Shown piece by piece: positions 23,945-36,275 of a stretch of 64,000 bases of DNA. The translations under genes were made by a program, and so were the position numbers. How positions within the stretch are numbered: the first letter of the stretch is position 1; every line of letters begins with the position of its first letter. The stretch comes from Geosiphon pyriformis uo1 (taxonomy: Eukaryota; Fungi; Glomeromycota), in NCBI GenBank assembly GCA_016748015.1, contig JAAOMT010000468.1:62001-126000 (forward strand), read 5' to 3'. The notes beneath the pieces are model-generated. The model was not told the DNA's origin and ran no database searches. It saw nothing but the letters and a program-made list of their open reading frames with translations.

Positions 23945-26900
23945 CTAAATTATATCTAATTTTATATTATTATTATTATTATTATCTAAACAAACAATTA
24001 GAAACTTTTAATTAATTATTATTATGTATATATATTTATAAAAAGTATTTTAGTATAATTAAAATTCAGAATTATTTACATATGTAAAAAATAAAAAATA
24101 AATATTTAGCTTTAAATTTTAAATTTAAAACCAAATTATAACATGTATATAAAAAAATTATGCATTTATAAAATATTTACTTAAAAAAATATTATTGTAA
24201 TAATTATTAATTATTAATAAAATTTACTTAATAATAAATTTAAATAGTAAATAATTTACTATATAAAATAAATATAAATACATGTTAATTTATAACTTAA
24301 AAAAAGGTAAAAAAGTTTTTTAAATATTATTATCCAAATAAAAAACTTCTTTCTTTCTTACCTCCAAAAATCCTCAAAAAGCATATTCTCTGTAAAAAAA
24401 AGTTTTTTTGTTTTTTAGTCTATATCAATATTTCTTTACCTAATAATAACCCATTTTTTGTAAATATGGAAGCTACTGTTAATAGTATCATATCTAAGAA
24501 GAAGACTCCTAAGAGCACTTTTCATGGTCCTACTGGTGGTTTCTTTTCTCAGAAAAAGAAAGTTGTTCTTGACAATATCAAACACTCTAGTGATGAAAGG
24601 GATATATCCTTAAGCAAATTTGGATCTGGTGATAGTGTTTATTCTAATGTGGAAAGTTTATCTGGTGAAGATAAGAATGTCAGCATGTTTGGGGCAAATG
24701 GTGAGTCTCTTTTGGGCTCAGCTGCTACTACACCCAAGACAAAGTGAATCAACACTGGTGCTGGTTTTGGTTCTCCACTCGGCTCTTCTAATTTTTATAT
24801 AGATGATGATAAAGTTGTGCTCCCTTCTTGCTTGTCTATTTCTCTTGAAAAGAAGTGGATTGATCCAAAGATTATTAAGACTTCTGTGGAAGTATCAGTT
24901 AAAAGGTTATTTTGCTTTGAATATTAATTTTTCAGCTATGGAAAGAAAATTGGCAATGGCAAAAACTCAGTTAATTAGAAAATTTTTTTCAACAGTCAAT
25001 GGTTTTGGGAGGGCCACTACTTCCTCAAAATTTGAAGGGATCATCCAATCTACTTTTACTTCAGAAAAAAGCATGAAAATAGCCACATCATTGGCCAGAG
25101 AAAAAAAGATCAACATAAACAGTAATCTCAAAAGACAAAGAGTTCGTTTAGATCGGGCTGTAGTCATTAAAAAAATTCTCATAAATATGCTTAAGAAAAT
25201 AATCATTGCTGCACTAGCCGAGTTTGGTAAAATTAAGTCAATCAAAATTTAACTTATTGGATTATGGCAAAAAGCAGTGGTGGAATTTGCTAAACTAAGT
25301 CAGGCTGAACATTTAGCTGCTAAATGGTCCTTTCTGATTGGAAAAAATTCTGTGTGAGTGGCTATGGCTGTAGGAGATTGTGATACATGGGCATTTAGAG
25401 ACCAGTTTAGGACTTTGTTGTTTACTTTGTCTGTAGGAATGACTGCTCATGATTTGAGCACTCTTTTGGAAGGTGTTGGTGAGAAAACCTGTATTATAAA
25501 TCATTAATTGGATTCCAGCAATAAGATTTGCTATGCTGTGGTTGGCTTTGAGTCTGAGGATGCAATGGAATCTGCTTATTGTACTGAGCCAATATTTAGT
25601 AGTGTTAAATTATCTTGGAGTAGATTGGACTTAATTCACTGTGAAAAATGTGGTCTTCTTGGTTATTCAGCTCTGGAGTGCAATGCATCATTTCTACCTA
25701 TTACTAAACCTTTGAAAATTGTTAAAAAGATTACTTCAGAAGACTGTTGTCTTCAGCTAGCAAAATTGTATGCTAAAAAAAGTGTTCCTATTTCTAGACC
25801 TACTGTCTTTGGTGGCAAATCTTGGACACAAGTGGTCTCACTTGCTTCTCCTTCTGGTGATTTCTATTTCAACTCTGGTACTAGGTCTGATTTTTTCCTC
25901 CTGGTTTTTCAGGTTTTAAGAGAAACACGCTGGTTGTTCAAAGTGAATTCTTAATCAATAATCACCTAGCTTCACTTGAATGTTTTTTAGAGTTGCTAAC
26001 TGATTAAATATTAGATATCATGTGTAGATTAAATGGTGTGGAGCTTTGTGTTCCTGGTGCCTATTACTCAAATTGTACCTCTAGCCACTCCTGTTCTTAT
26101 ATTGGCATCACTGGATACTGATATGGTTCTGGATGTTCCATGGCCATTTCTTCCTCCCTCTTCTTCAGTATTAAAAGACAAGATGGCGGATTTAGGTCTG
26201 AACAGTTCAAAGGTTTTTACCTCCAAAGTTGGTGGTTTGGAATCCAAGATGATGGCTCTTGAAGTTTCTATTGGCTCGATTTTGGGGGAGTTAGATCTGT
26301 TGTACATAAATTCAGGTTCTCTAATGCACTTTTTGCATCAATGAGTGAGCTCATTTGAAGAGTAGCTATGTGCAATATTAGAGGTATAACAAATTTAGCT
26401 AAACAAGAAGACATTGTCTGTTGGCATAAGGATTCAGAAAATATGATTTCAATTGTTACTGAGACTAAATTGAGATCTAACATTAGGCTTTGGATCATGA
26501 ATAAATTTGATGGGCTTTGGGTTTTTACTTCTGGTTTGGATGTTGGGTTTTATGGTGCTGGAATTACCATAATTATGAACAATTCTTTGGCTCAGCATGT
26601 TTCGAAAGTGGATGAAGTTCCTGGTTGTTTGATTTCTGTGCACCTTCTATTCAAGAACAAACTTTCAGTTATGATCTTGGATCTGTATGTTGGTGTGTTC
26701 ATTAGCACATGGTTTGGTCAAGCTGTTAATATCAATTTTATGGTTTCCAAGGTAGTCAATTCCAGCTTTTTTGTGGTTTTGAGTGGTGACTTTAATGAAA
26801 ATGGGTCTAGCAAAAGTGTAAGTTTCAAGTTTTGTTTGGGTTTGGGTCTGGTTAATACTTTTGATAGACACTCATTGGTCAAGACTTCCACCTGGAGCAA

Positions 26901-27424
26901 TTCTAGGGGTGTTGAGAAAGTGATTGATTTTATTCTAGTTAGTAGAAATTTGGTATTTGCTATGACATTGCATTTTGTCGATGGTGTATCTGAGTTTTTT
27001 AATACAGATCATAAGTCAGTTCTGTTTTAATTGGTTTGGGTAGACTGCTGGATATACATCTTATTAGCATTTACAAACAAGCCAATTAAGACTGGTGGAG
27101 GTTCAAATTAAAGAATGCAAATGATGTTTAATGATTAAGCTTTAAAGATTGCTCTTCTGCCAAGTTTTTGGCTAGATCAGACATGTTTAAAAAGACAAGT
27201 GTCAATAATAACTTAAATACAATGTGGAAATTATTGGAAGAGACCATAGTACAGGCTGCCAACACAGTTTTTTCTAGGATATGATATAGTGAGTATGACT
27301 GTTCAAAGAATAAACAATCTTCCAAATTCTTTAAATTAGAGCTGCTTGTTGCAAAAATTGTAAAATGTTGGAACTCTAGTGATTTGTTGAATTTCAACCA
27401 CCTTATTAAGATTTGGTTGACTGT

Positions 27425-28410
27425 TGTTACCAGAGGTTTTTTTTGGTCTCTTTTCTTAAATGTTGTTGATGCTTGTTTGCTGTGAATTCACGTTTTCTGA
27501 ATGTGGTTGAATCTCCAATAACTGAATTTATCTTCAAATTATCTCCTATAATTTGAATGGCTGGGCTTATAAGTAGAATGGCCAATTCCGTGCCAGTTAC
27601 TTTATGTAGTTACATTGTAGTAAACGTCAACTCTTTCCCAGGAATTGCTTGTCTGGAAGCTCACTAAAAATGTGTAGTTACTTTGCTGTGAAAATCAACT
27701 CTTCTACAGGAATCTTGTCTGTAGGCTACCCTAATGATTGTAATAAGAAAAGAAAAAAAAAATAAAAGAAATGTAAAAGAAATAGAATTTTGTCAAGAGA
27801 AACATTTTCTATCCAGGTCTGGAGTCACTAACAGTTTACTGAAATTGGTAGCTAATTAATTTCAAAACGTTAGTTGGGTTTTGAGGATTTTCCAAGTGCA
27901 ATAATTTAAAGAATTTGGTTTTTCGAATTATTTAATATTTATTTTTTTTTTGTGTGTATAAGAACGGTTTTTAAGTGATAAATCTAAAGTAAGATATATT
28001 TCCTCGAAGAGAGAAGCTTTTCTTTTATACAACTTGTTGTAACACTATTCTATGAACTTGAACTTTGCTTTTTTCTACAATTTCGCTGAACTGAAGATAC
28101 ATTTCAGCAAACTACAGATTATTTCTGCGAACTATTGGATATTTCGGTGAACTATCAATTATTTTGGCAAATTTCTACAAATTTCGGCAAACTTTTTGAA
28201 TGTTACATAGTTCGGGGTATTACATGATTGATCATTGTAATTAGGTTACATTTGTGTTATGTACAAATTGGGTTATTAATTAAATGATAATTTCAGACAT
28301 TTTGCTAATATACTAAGTGATAATTTGAAACAATAATATATGTTAATTAATAATAAGAATTATAAAGATAATTTTATGCTAAATAATATCTCTAATTTTG
28401 TCTGGTAACA
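27425..28410 (-). mobile_element. Solo LTR of the Gypsy C family
   Basis: 10-bp inverted termini TGTTACCAGA/TCTGGTAACA. Perfect CTGT TSD. Reverse-complement match to the LTR at 57410-58381. Confidence 0.95.
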
Positions 28411-31163
28411 CTGTTGATGCAGTCAAAGCTTTCAAGGTTAATAGCATGGTTTTGAATGGTGTAAGCTCAATGGTATTGATTAAACATTTGTCAGTGATAA
28501 AAAAAGGGTATTGTAAGTCCAAGTATTATGAGTCTAAGGTTGCTAAAGATACTGCTATAAGGAAGGCAATTGACTATTATATGGAAAACTTCTGTTCTGA
28601 CAAAGAAAAGATGATAAAGAGCATTCTGAAATATCCATTTTACAAAGTGGTTTTGAATCACTTGATAGTAGATGATGAGCTGGTGGTTGAGCCTAATGAG
28701 ATGAAGCTCAAGGTTGACAAAATTATGGAAGGGTGGACAAAAAAGCAATCAGTTCTTCTGGAAATACCTGACCTCTGGGCTTGACAATATATGCCTTTGG
28801 ATTATGTGGGTAATGATGTTTTCTCTGGTGTAATGGTTGATATTAGTATGGAAGAATTGTCTTTGGTTGTTAATAATCTACCAAACAATAAAGCAGCCAA
28901 ATTATCTGGGATACTGAATGAATTTTGGAAGCATTGTGGTGGAGAGATTTTGGTCTGTCTTTTGAAATTGTTGAATTTGTGCTTGAGTATGAATGCAGTT
29001 CTTAATCTGTGGAAGGAAGCATAAGTTTCAATGATTCTGAAATCTTATGAGTGGAATGGTATCCTGACAAATACCAAACCTATCACATTGGTCGAGACAA
29101 CATGTAAAATACTATCTAAGATTCTATTTGATTAGATATCTTTGGCTTGTAATAAGTTTAATGTTCTTTGTGGTAACAATTTTTTAGTGTTAAAGGGTAT
29201 TTCAATCCAGTCTCCTATTTTTGCTATTGGCTCAGTTGTTGAGGATGCTCTGGAGAAAAACAGAAAGCTTTGGTTAGTGCTACAGAATATGCGCAAAGCT
29301 TATGATTCAGTAGACTGGCATTATTTGCGAATGAGCTTGCATCGCATCAAAATATGTGGACATTTCATCCGATTTTTTGGCAATATTCATGGGGACCAGC
29401 TTAACAGAGTGATGACTAATTTTGGGCTCTTGGATGGTTATAAAGTACATAATAGATTAGATCAAGGAGAGGTTTTTTTCCCACTGCTTTGGAGAATATT
29501 TTATGATTCACTTTTATGTAAAGTGAAAAGGCATGAGCAATTATATGGGTATAGAATTGATTTTAGGTTTGTAGCAAAGTCTGGCAGGATTGAGATGAGT
29601 GGAAGAAAAACCTCTTTTTTGGCTGCAGATGCTTTTGTTGATGATACAATTTGGGTCAGAAGTAGTTAGGCATCTATGCAGTATATTTTGAATATTGCAA
29701 ATGAATTTTTTGTGATCAATGACATCTCAATTAATAATAATAAGACAGTAGTGATTTCTATCAATCAAGAGGTTAAGAATGCTTTGCTATTAATCAATGG
29801 AGTGCCAATTTTGATTGCTGGAAAGAGTAAGTCATATCAATACTTAGGTATTTTCCTGTCAACTGAGGGTCTTTCTAAGTCCAGTTTGGCTCAAGCCCAT
29901 AAGGATGTTAAGTTTTTTTCTAATATAGTGTTAAAAAAAGCTATTATGGACAAACAATTCTGTTATTTGGTTTTGGCAGTTTTGCAGCTTATTGTTAGTT
30001 ATCATGTACAGTTCAGTTTTGTTACTTTAGATGTATATCATAAGTAAGATATTATGATTAGAAAAGGTCTTAGAGCAAAAGCTGGTTTACCACGTGACTT
30101 CCCCAGTAAAGTCTTGTACCACTCTTCTTTATATGAATTGAAGTCTTTTAAGCAAGTGCAGTCTAAAAGAAAACTGGCATCACTGATTTTATTTTCTAAT
30201 GGCTACAGCATTCTTAAACATTTATTTAATCATAAATTTTTGAATTTGCAAGTTCTGAAATAGTCTCCTTTGAATTCTTTGCAATTTCCTGTTAAGTTGT
30301 ATGTTAGTTCTGTTAACAATTTCTTGGCAGGGGTGGTGAAAATTTTTTTGGAGAATGAATTATCCTTAGCAAACAATTTACCTTGTGCCTTTCATGAGTT
30401 CGGCAATTTCCTGATGTCTGGCATTCTAGATTAATCTTTGTATTACAAATCCGTTTTTTCATTAAAGTGTTTTGGTGTTGCTTTTGGTAACAGAATTCTT
30501 AACAAAAAAGAAAAGGTGATAGACTGGAAAACATTTTGGCATTGGAAGCGATTGGACCCAAGAGGCCCTGTGCCTTACTGGTTTTTTTTGATATCTGATT
30601 TTATAAATAATTATATTTCTTTGGATGTCGGAACTGCTACTGCTACTGAAGAGGATGTGTTGAGTGTTTTGGATTTTGATAGGTTATTTGAAGTTTGTGA
30701 TAGTTTGCTGGAAGTGTGGTCTAATTGTATTGAGATGTATATAGACGGGTCTTTAAGATGTGCTGGTTCTATTGGAACAGTGGGTGGAGCTGCTACATAT
30801 TTTCCAGCTGCAAACATGGATATTGGGTTTAAGATTGCTGGACTTTTGTCCTATACTTTAGCTGAACTGCAAGCTGTGGTGTTGGCCTTGGAGTGTGTTC
30901 TATCCTCTTGCTCAATGATTTTATACTTGGATAGTCAATTTGCGATTGATGCCTGCATTTCTGAGGCTTCTTTGACTACACCTGACTTCTGTAATCAATG
31001 TTGAATCAAAAAATTGCAAATTGTCAATCTCCTTAAAAACAAAAATATTTCAATTAAGTGGGTGAAGGTTAAAGGACATTCAGATGTGTTGGGCAATATA
31101 AAGGCTGATGCACTGGCTAATGAGACTACTTTCTCATCTCTTTCTTTGCCAGTTAATATCTGG

Positions 31164-32050
31164 TGTTACAGATGATTATTTGGAGTCTCAAATCAAATAA
31201 CAAATCTGTAACTTGGTGCTCAATATTTTGACAATGCTGGTATTACTGGTACATTGGTTGTATCTGAAGGTTTTTTAAAGTTGAGTCTTTTGTATAATGA
31301 ACAGAGATTTAATAATGATGTAGTTGATTGGTAAGTTGTGTTCCCAATTTCTGTCTTCAGCTTGGTGGCCAGTTTATTCTGGCAGTTGTGCCCTTTTGAT
31401 AAGCTATCCATTAATATATATATAATTTTATCCTTATTTCTAGATCTTTTACTAGGCTATCCGTGACATCAATTACTCAGCACTTTAATCTTTAATCAGT
31501 TAATATATGACAGTAAAAATCAAAGAAATAAATAAATAAAAGAAAATAAAGAAATGAGCCAAGACGATGTGCACATTAGTATCTCATTAATAGCTGTGAT
31601 CAAGAGCTATTGTTCCAATATGGTTAGGTATCAATTACTATCAACATAAAGTGTTGATAGTGGAGAGTGAATTTGGATAGTGAATGATTTATTTATTTAA
31701 TATTTGTGGATAAAAGATTTTTAACTAAAGAATTCTTATCTTTTTACTTCTAATGCTACCACTATATATACATAATTAATGTTTTACGAAATCGCTCACA
31801 TTCCCAAGCAATGTGCTATGATTTCTTGAGCAATGCTCACATTGCTGAACAATATGCTCTAATTTTCTAATATCATTTCACATTGCTAAACAATGTGCCA
31901 TGTTTTCTGATATTGCTCCACATTGCTGAGCAATGTGCTGTGATTTCTATCATTGCTCTATATTGCTGAGCAATGTGCTCATGTGCTACATACTATTTAC
32001 TCATTGGTCTACTATTCTCCTTATATCTGTTTTTCTTTTTATGAGTAACA
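31164..32050 (-). repeat. Gypsy A 3' LTR
   Basis: Direct repeat of 48902-49767 with TGTTAC..GTAACA ends. Confidence 0.95.
31797..31979. repeat. Array of quasi-palindromic CACATTGCTGAGCAATGTG units, period about 40 bp, in LTR A
   Basis: Five units. A similar array lies at about 49535-49700. Confidence 0.85.
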
Positions 32051-32064
32051 TTATCTCCTCCTTT

Positions 32065-32693
32065 TTAATATTGAGCTCTGTCAAAATCTGAATTAGCTCT
32101 AATACTTTTTTTTCTAGTATTGTTTGTTTGACTTTATTTTTCATGTCTTCTACTTATATATTGTTCATTCTTCCCTATTGGTTAATGGTTATAATTTCCA
32201 TGTTAGAGTGTAACAGTATTTCTGGATAGTTCTGAAATATATTGTGCAGTCAGTAAATTGTTCTTATATGTAGTGTTGAGTTTGTCTTTTTCCCAATAAA
32301 TTTTTCAATTTGTTGTATTATGTTTTGGTTAAATATCCTCTTGGATTTGTCGATATACAATTCTTAAATATTCAACTTTCAACTTAACTGGTAGTAACAG
32401 TATAATATTAGAAGTTGTTCTGTCTATTGCTTCCAATTCTCTTTTGTAAGTTCTTCTGTTGATGCTATAATAGATAATTTCTCAAAAGTGTTCTTTACTT
32501 TTTCTATTATTTTATCTGACCAGTTTTTATCATTCTTTGGTAACTGCTAATATGGTGTATTTTTTGTCTTTCTTTTGGTGTTTTGATAGCAAATTGTTTG
32601 GTTGTTAATGATAATTTCTATGTCTAAAGATTGTTGACTTAAGGCCTAGAATAATTGTTAAGCTATGATGTGAATATGATCTGGTATTTTCAT
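32065..32693 (-). pseudogene. Extra ORF (ORF3) downstream of integrase in Gypsy A, function unknown
   Basis: MKIPDHIHIIA...DFDRAQY*. In-frame stops are explainable as CAA/CAG/CGA/TGG transitions, and one A-run frameshift is needed near the end. A similar start occurs in Gypsy B and a similar end in relic E. Confidence 0.6.
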
Positions 32694-33150
32694 TTTTTTT
32701 CTTGGTTGTCTTTGTCACATATACTGTGTCTTTATATACTCTTTCATTGTTTGATTTTACGTGTTTGGTCCAATGATTATAATTGGTTCCAGATCTCGTG
32801 GAATCTCCTCTGGTTGAAGTAGTATTCATTGTACTTCCAATTGTGGAATGTTATTGGTGGATGATGATGCTATTTGGTGATGTTACGGGATGGTTTTTTT
32901 GTTATATTTAATTGCTGATATCCTGCTTTAATTGCAATCAGTCTTTCATGAGTTCCTCAATTCTATTTGTGTGATAATGTCACTGTTACACTGAAGGCTT
33001 TTTTTTTACTGTTGCGATGTAAGTTATTCTTTAATTCTTGATTGTTGTGTGTGTTTATGTACTCCTTTTCAGAGGCTGAACTGAAATCTACCCACTGTCT
33101 GGGGTCTTCTCTGAGGCTATCCTTGCAATTGCCTGATGTGTTTCTCTAAT

Positions 33151-33380
33151 NNNNNNNNNNNNNNNNNNNNNNNNNNNNNNNNNNNNNNNNNNNNNNNNNN
33201 NNNNNNNNNNNNNNNNNNNNNNNNNNNNNNNNNNNNNNNNNNNNNNNNNNNNNNNNNNNNNNNNNNNNNNNNNNNNNNNNNNNNNNNNNNNNNNNNNNNN
33301 NNNNNNNNNNNNNNNNNNNNNNNNNNNNNNNNNNNNNNNNNNNNNNNNNNNNNNNNNNNNNNNNNNNNNNNNNNNNNNNN
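33151..33380. other. Assembly gap (230 N)
   Basis: N run inside the Gypsy B 3' LTR / ORF3 region. Confidence 1.
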
Positions 33381-33499
33381 GTTATATTGTTGATGTTTTC
33401 TGGAATAAGTATCATTGTTTTAATTTTGACTGTTATTTTGGAATCTTTTGCATGCGTTTTTATGGTTGTTAAATCATTTTTGCTGTGATCTAAGATTAA

Positions 33500-34879
33500 T
33501 TATCTTTTCGAATAATGTTCAATTAAAACTATTGGTTCTAAATCTCGTGGAATTTGTTCTGGTAGAATTAAAGGTAATTGTGTTCCAATTCTGGGTGTTT
33601 TTGTTGTTATTACTGATTTACTGTAATAGAATTTCAGCCAGTTACCATGTGCTGCTTTTCTTAATATTTTATCATCTAGTCTTAGCTTGTATGCTCCATT
33701 TTCAAGTATTTCGTGAATATAAAATGGTCCATCCCACTTGTGATCAAATTTTCCACTCCACTGTTTTTCCATTTTTGTACGATGCAACAATACTTTATCT
33801 CCAATTTTGTAGCTAATTATATTATCTGGTAACTTGTTATCATGTCTCACTTTTTGTTGTTCTTGTGATTGTTCAATATTTTGTGCTGCTTTTCTTCTTT
33901 TGTTTTCTAAAGTTCCCATTAATTTGTATGTTCTTCTAAGTAGTGTTTTCTAGAATGTTGCTTCCATGATAGTGTCACTTGGATAAGTTGGGATAGTAAG
34001 TTCAACTGGTAATGTGGCTTTTCTTTCATAAACTAGTTCAAACGGTGTGAATTGTGTAGTATCTTGTTTTACTGTTCTATATGCTAGTAGTACTGCTAGT
34101 ATAAACAAATCCCATTCTTTTTCATGTTCGTTACTAATTTTTGCCAGTAATTCGCATAATGTGCAATTAAATTTTTCAATTAATCCATTTGTTTGAGAGT
34201 GGTATGGTGATGACAGTGGTCGCTTGATTCCAAATTTTTGGCTAAGTTCTTTTAAGGTGCTGTTTACAAAGTGTGTGCCTTGATCTGATAGCAATTCTTG
34301 TGGACATCCATGTCAGCAAATTAAGTCTTCATGTATGAATTGAGCTACGGAAATAGCATCAGCTGTTTTAATAGCTCTAGCTTCTGGCTATTTGGTGAGA
34401 TAGTCTATGACTACTGCAATATAACAGTTGTTTCTTGTTGTTATTGGTAAGGGTCCAACTAAATCAATTCCGATTCTGTCAAATGGCTGTCCAACTTTTA
34501 TTGGTCTTAATAATTCCGTTGTTTTTGCTCCTCCTCTTCATTGGCATGGGTCACAATTTTTTATGTATTGGATTATGTCTGAACTTATTTTTGGCCAATA
34601 GTAATGGCTAGTTACACGTTGGATAGTTGCTGTTTTTCTAAAGTGGCCTGAATAAATATCTGAGTACATGTTAAATAAGATAGTTTTTTTTTCATCTGTG
34701 GTTATAACTCTTAATGGATTATCTGGATTTTGTCGATTCCAGTAATAAAGTATGTGATTTTGGATGAAATAGTGTTTTGCTAATTTTTGGAGCTTAATTA
34801 GCTCTTTTACTGGTATTTCTTCATCTATTTGTAGTGTTTCCAAGTATTGGCTGAGGTTTTTATAAAGGTGGTTGTTCAT
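33500..34879 (-). pseudogene. Gypsy B integrase (H2C2, DDE core, GPY/F); no chromodomain
   Basis: GHF..YYWP..CDPCQ; SDQGTHF; QTNGLIE; WDGPFYI. Confidence 0.92.
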
Positions 34880-34908
34880 TGTTGTTGTGGTGGATGGGTT
34901 GGTGATTT

Positions 34909-36206
34909 TTATGTGTGTCTCATTCTTGACAAACAGTCAGCATTAGCATTTTTGGTACCTTCTTTGTATTTGATAATATAATCATATGGTGCTAACATTT
35001 GTGACCATCTGGCATATTTTCCTTTTAGCGCTTTCTTGTTATTTAACCAGACCAGACCTCTATGATCTGTCGTAATCTCAAAGGGTTGGTACCATAAATA
35101 TGTGTCAAAGTAAACACAACTCCAGACTACTGCTAAGCATTCAAGTTCATGTGCTGCGTAGTTTTGTTCTGTCATACTGAGACTTCTGCTGGCATAAGCG
35201 ATTACACGTTCTCTTCCATTATCATCTTTTTGTGACAGAATGGCTCCAAGTCCAGTTCCAGAGGCATCTGTGGCCAAACTGAATTTCTTGTTAAAATTCA
35301 GATAGATTATTATTGGTGATTCAATAAGCTTTTGTCTAAGATACTCAAAAGCTTTTTGTTGTGCTTCAGTCCATTCAAACTTCACATTTTTAGATAGTAG
35401 GTAATTAAGAGATTTGGCGATGTTTGAAAAGTTTTCTACAAAGTGGCAGTAGTAAGATGCAAGTCTTAAAAAGCTTCTAACTTCTAAAATGTTTTGAGGT
35501 ACTGAAAAATTTTTCACTTTGTCTATTTTTGATGGATCTGGTTTTATTTCATCTTTTCAACTACGTGTCCTAAAAATGCTAGCTCATTTTTCCCAAAGAA
35601 ACATTTTTCTAGATTTAGTTTAAGTCCAGCGTGTCTCAATCTCTCAAAAACTTGTTGTAAATGTTGGAGATGATCCGTGAATTTTGACGAGAAAACATTT
35701 GTATTATCCAAGTAGACAACAATGGATTGCCACAGGATTCCAGAGTAAATTACATCCATTAGTCTTTGGAATGTCGCGGGAGTGTTTGTTAATCCAAATG
35801 GCATTACATTAAACTTATAATTGCCATTTTGTGTTGTGAATGCTGTTTTATGCCTGTCCTTTGGGTCCATTTCTACTTGCCAGTACCCACTGGTCAAGTT
35901 CAGTGTAGAAAACCATTTTGCTCCTCCAAAAATGTCGAAGATTTTGTCAATTAATGGTATTGGGTATGAGTCTTTGGTTGTTTTGCTGTTTAGTTTGCGA
36001 TAGTTGACGCAAAATCTAATTTTTCTATTCTTTTTCCTTACTAAAACAACTGGTGAGGACCATGGGCTCATTGATAGTTGTATTATTCCTTTTTCCAACA
36101 TGCTTTGGACTTCTTCTCTGATAAAATTATGCTCCATTGGTGGGACATGGTAAGCACGTTGTTTTTTAGGTCTGGCGTTTCCAGTGGAGATTTGGTGTTG
36201 AACCAA
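34909..36206 (-). pseudogene. Gypsy B reverse transcriptase and RNase H
   Basis: SPWSSPVVLVRKK, MPFGLTN, VYLDNT; TDASGTGLGAIL, ELECLAV, NADCLSR. Confidence 0.95.
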
Positions 36207-36275
36207 TTTGGTTCTTCCAAATTTGCTATTTTTTGAAAATATATCAGAGTATTTTAAAATTAATGCTTTTAATTG

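Noticed and set aside
31797-31979. CRISPR-like array of palindromic repeats
   Set aside because: The spacers resemble each other, the array is inside both LTRs, the context is eukaryotic and there are no cas genes.
32065-32693. env gene
   Set aside because: Too short, with no evident signal peptide, TM helix or furin site.
33136-33415. ORFs of 85 and 89 aa in the track
   Set aside because: They are translations through N runs. Only MILIPENINNI is informative.
33500-33640. Chromodomain after integrase
   Set aside because: The C-terminus is a short tail ending PRDLEPIVLI with no chromodomain aromatic pattern.
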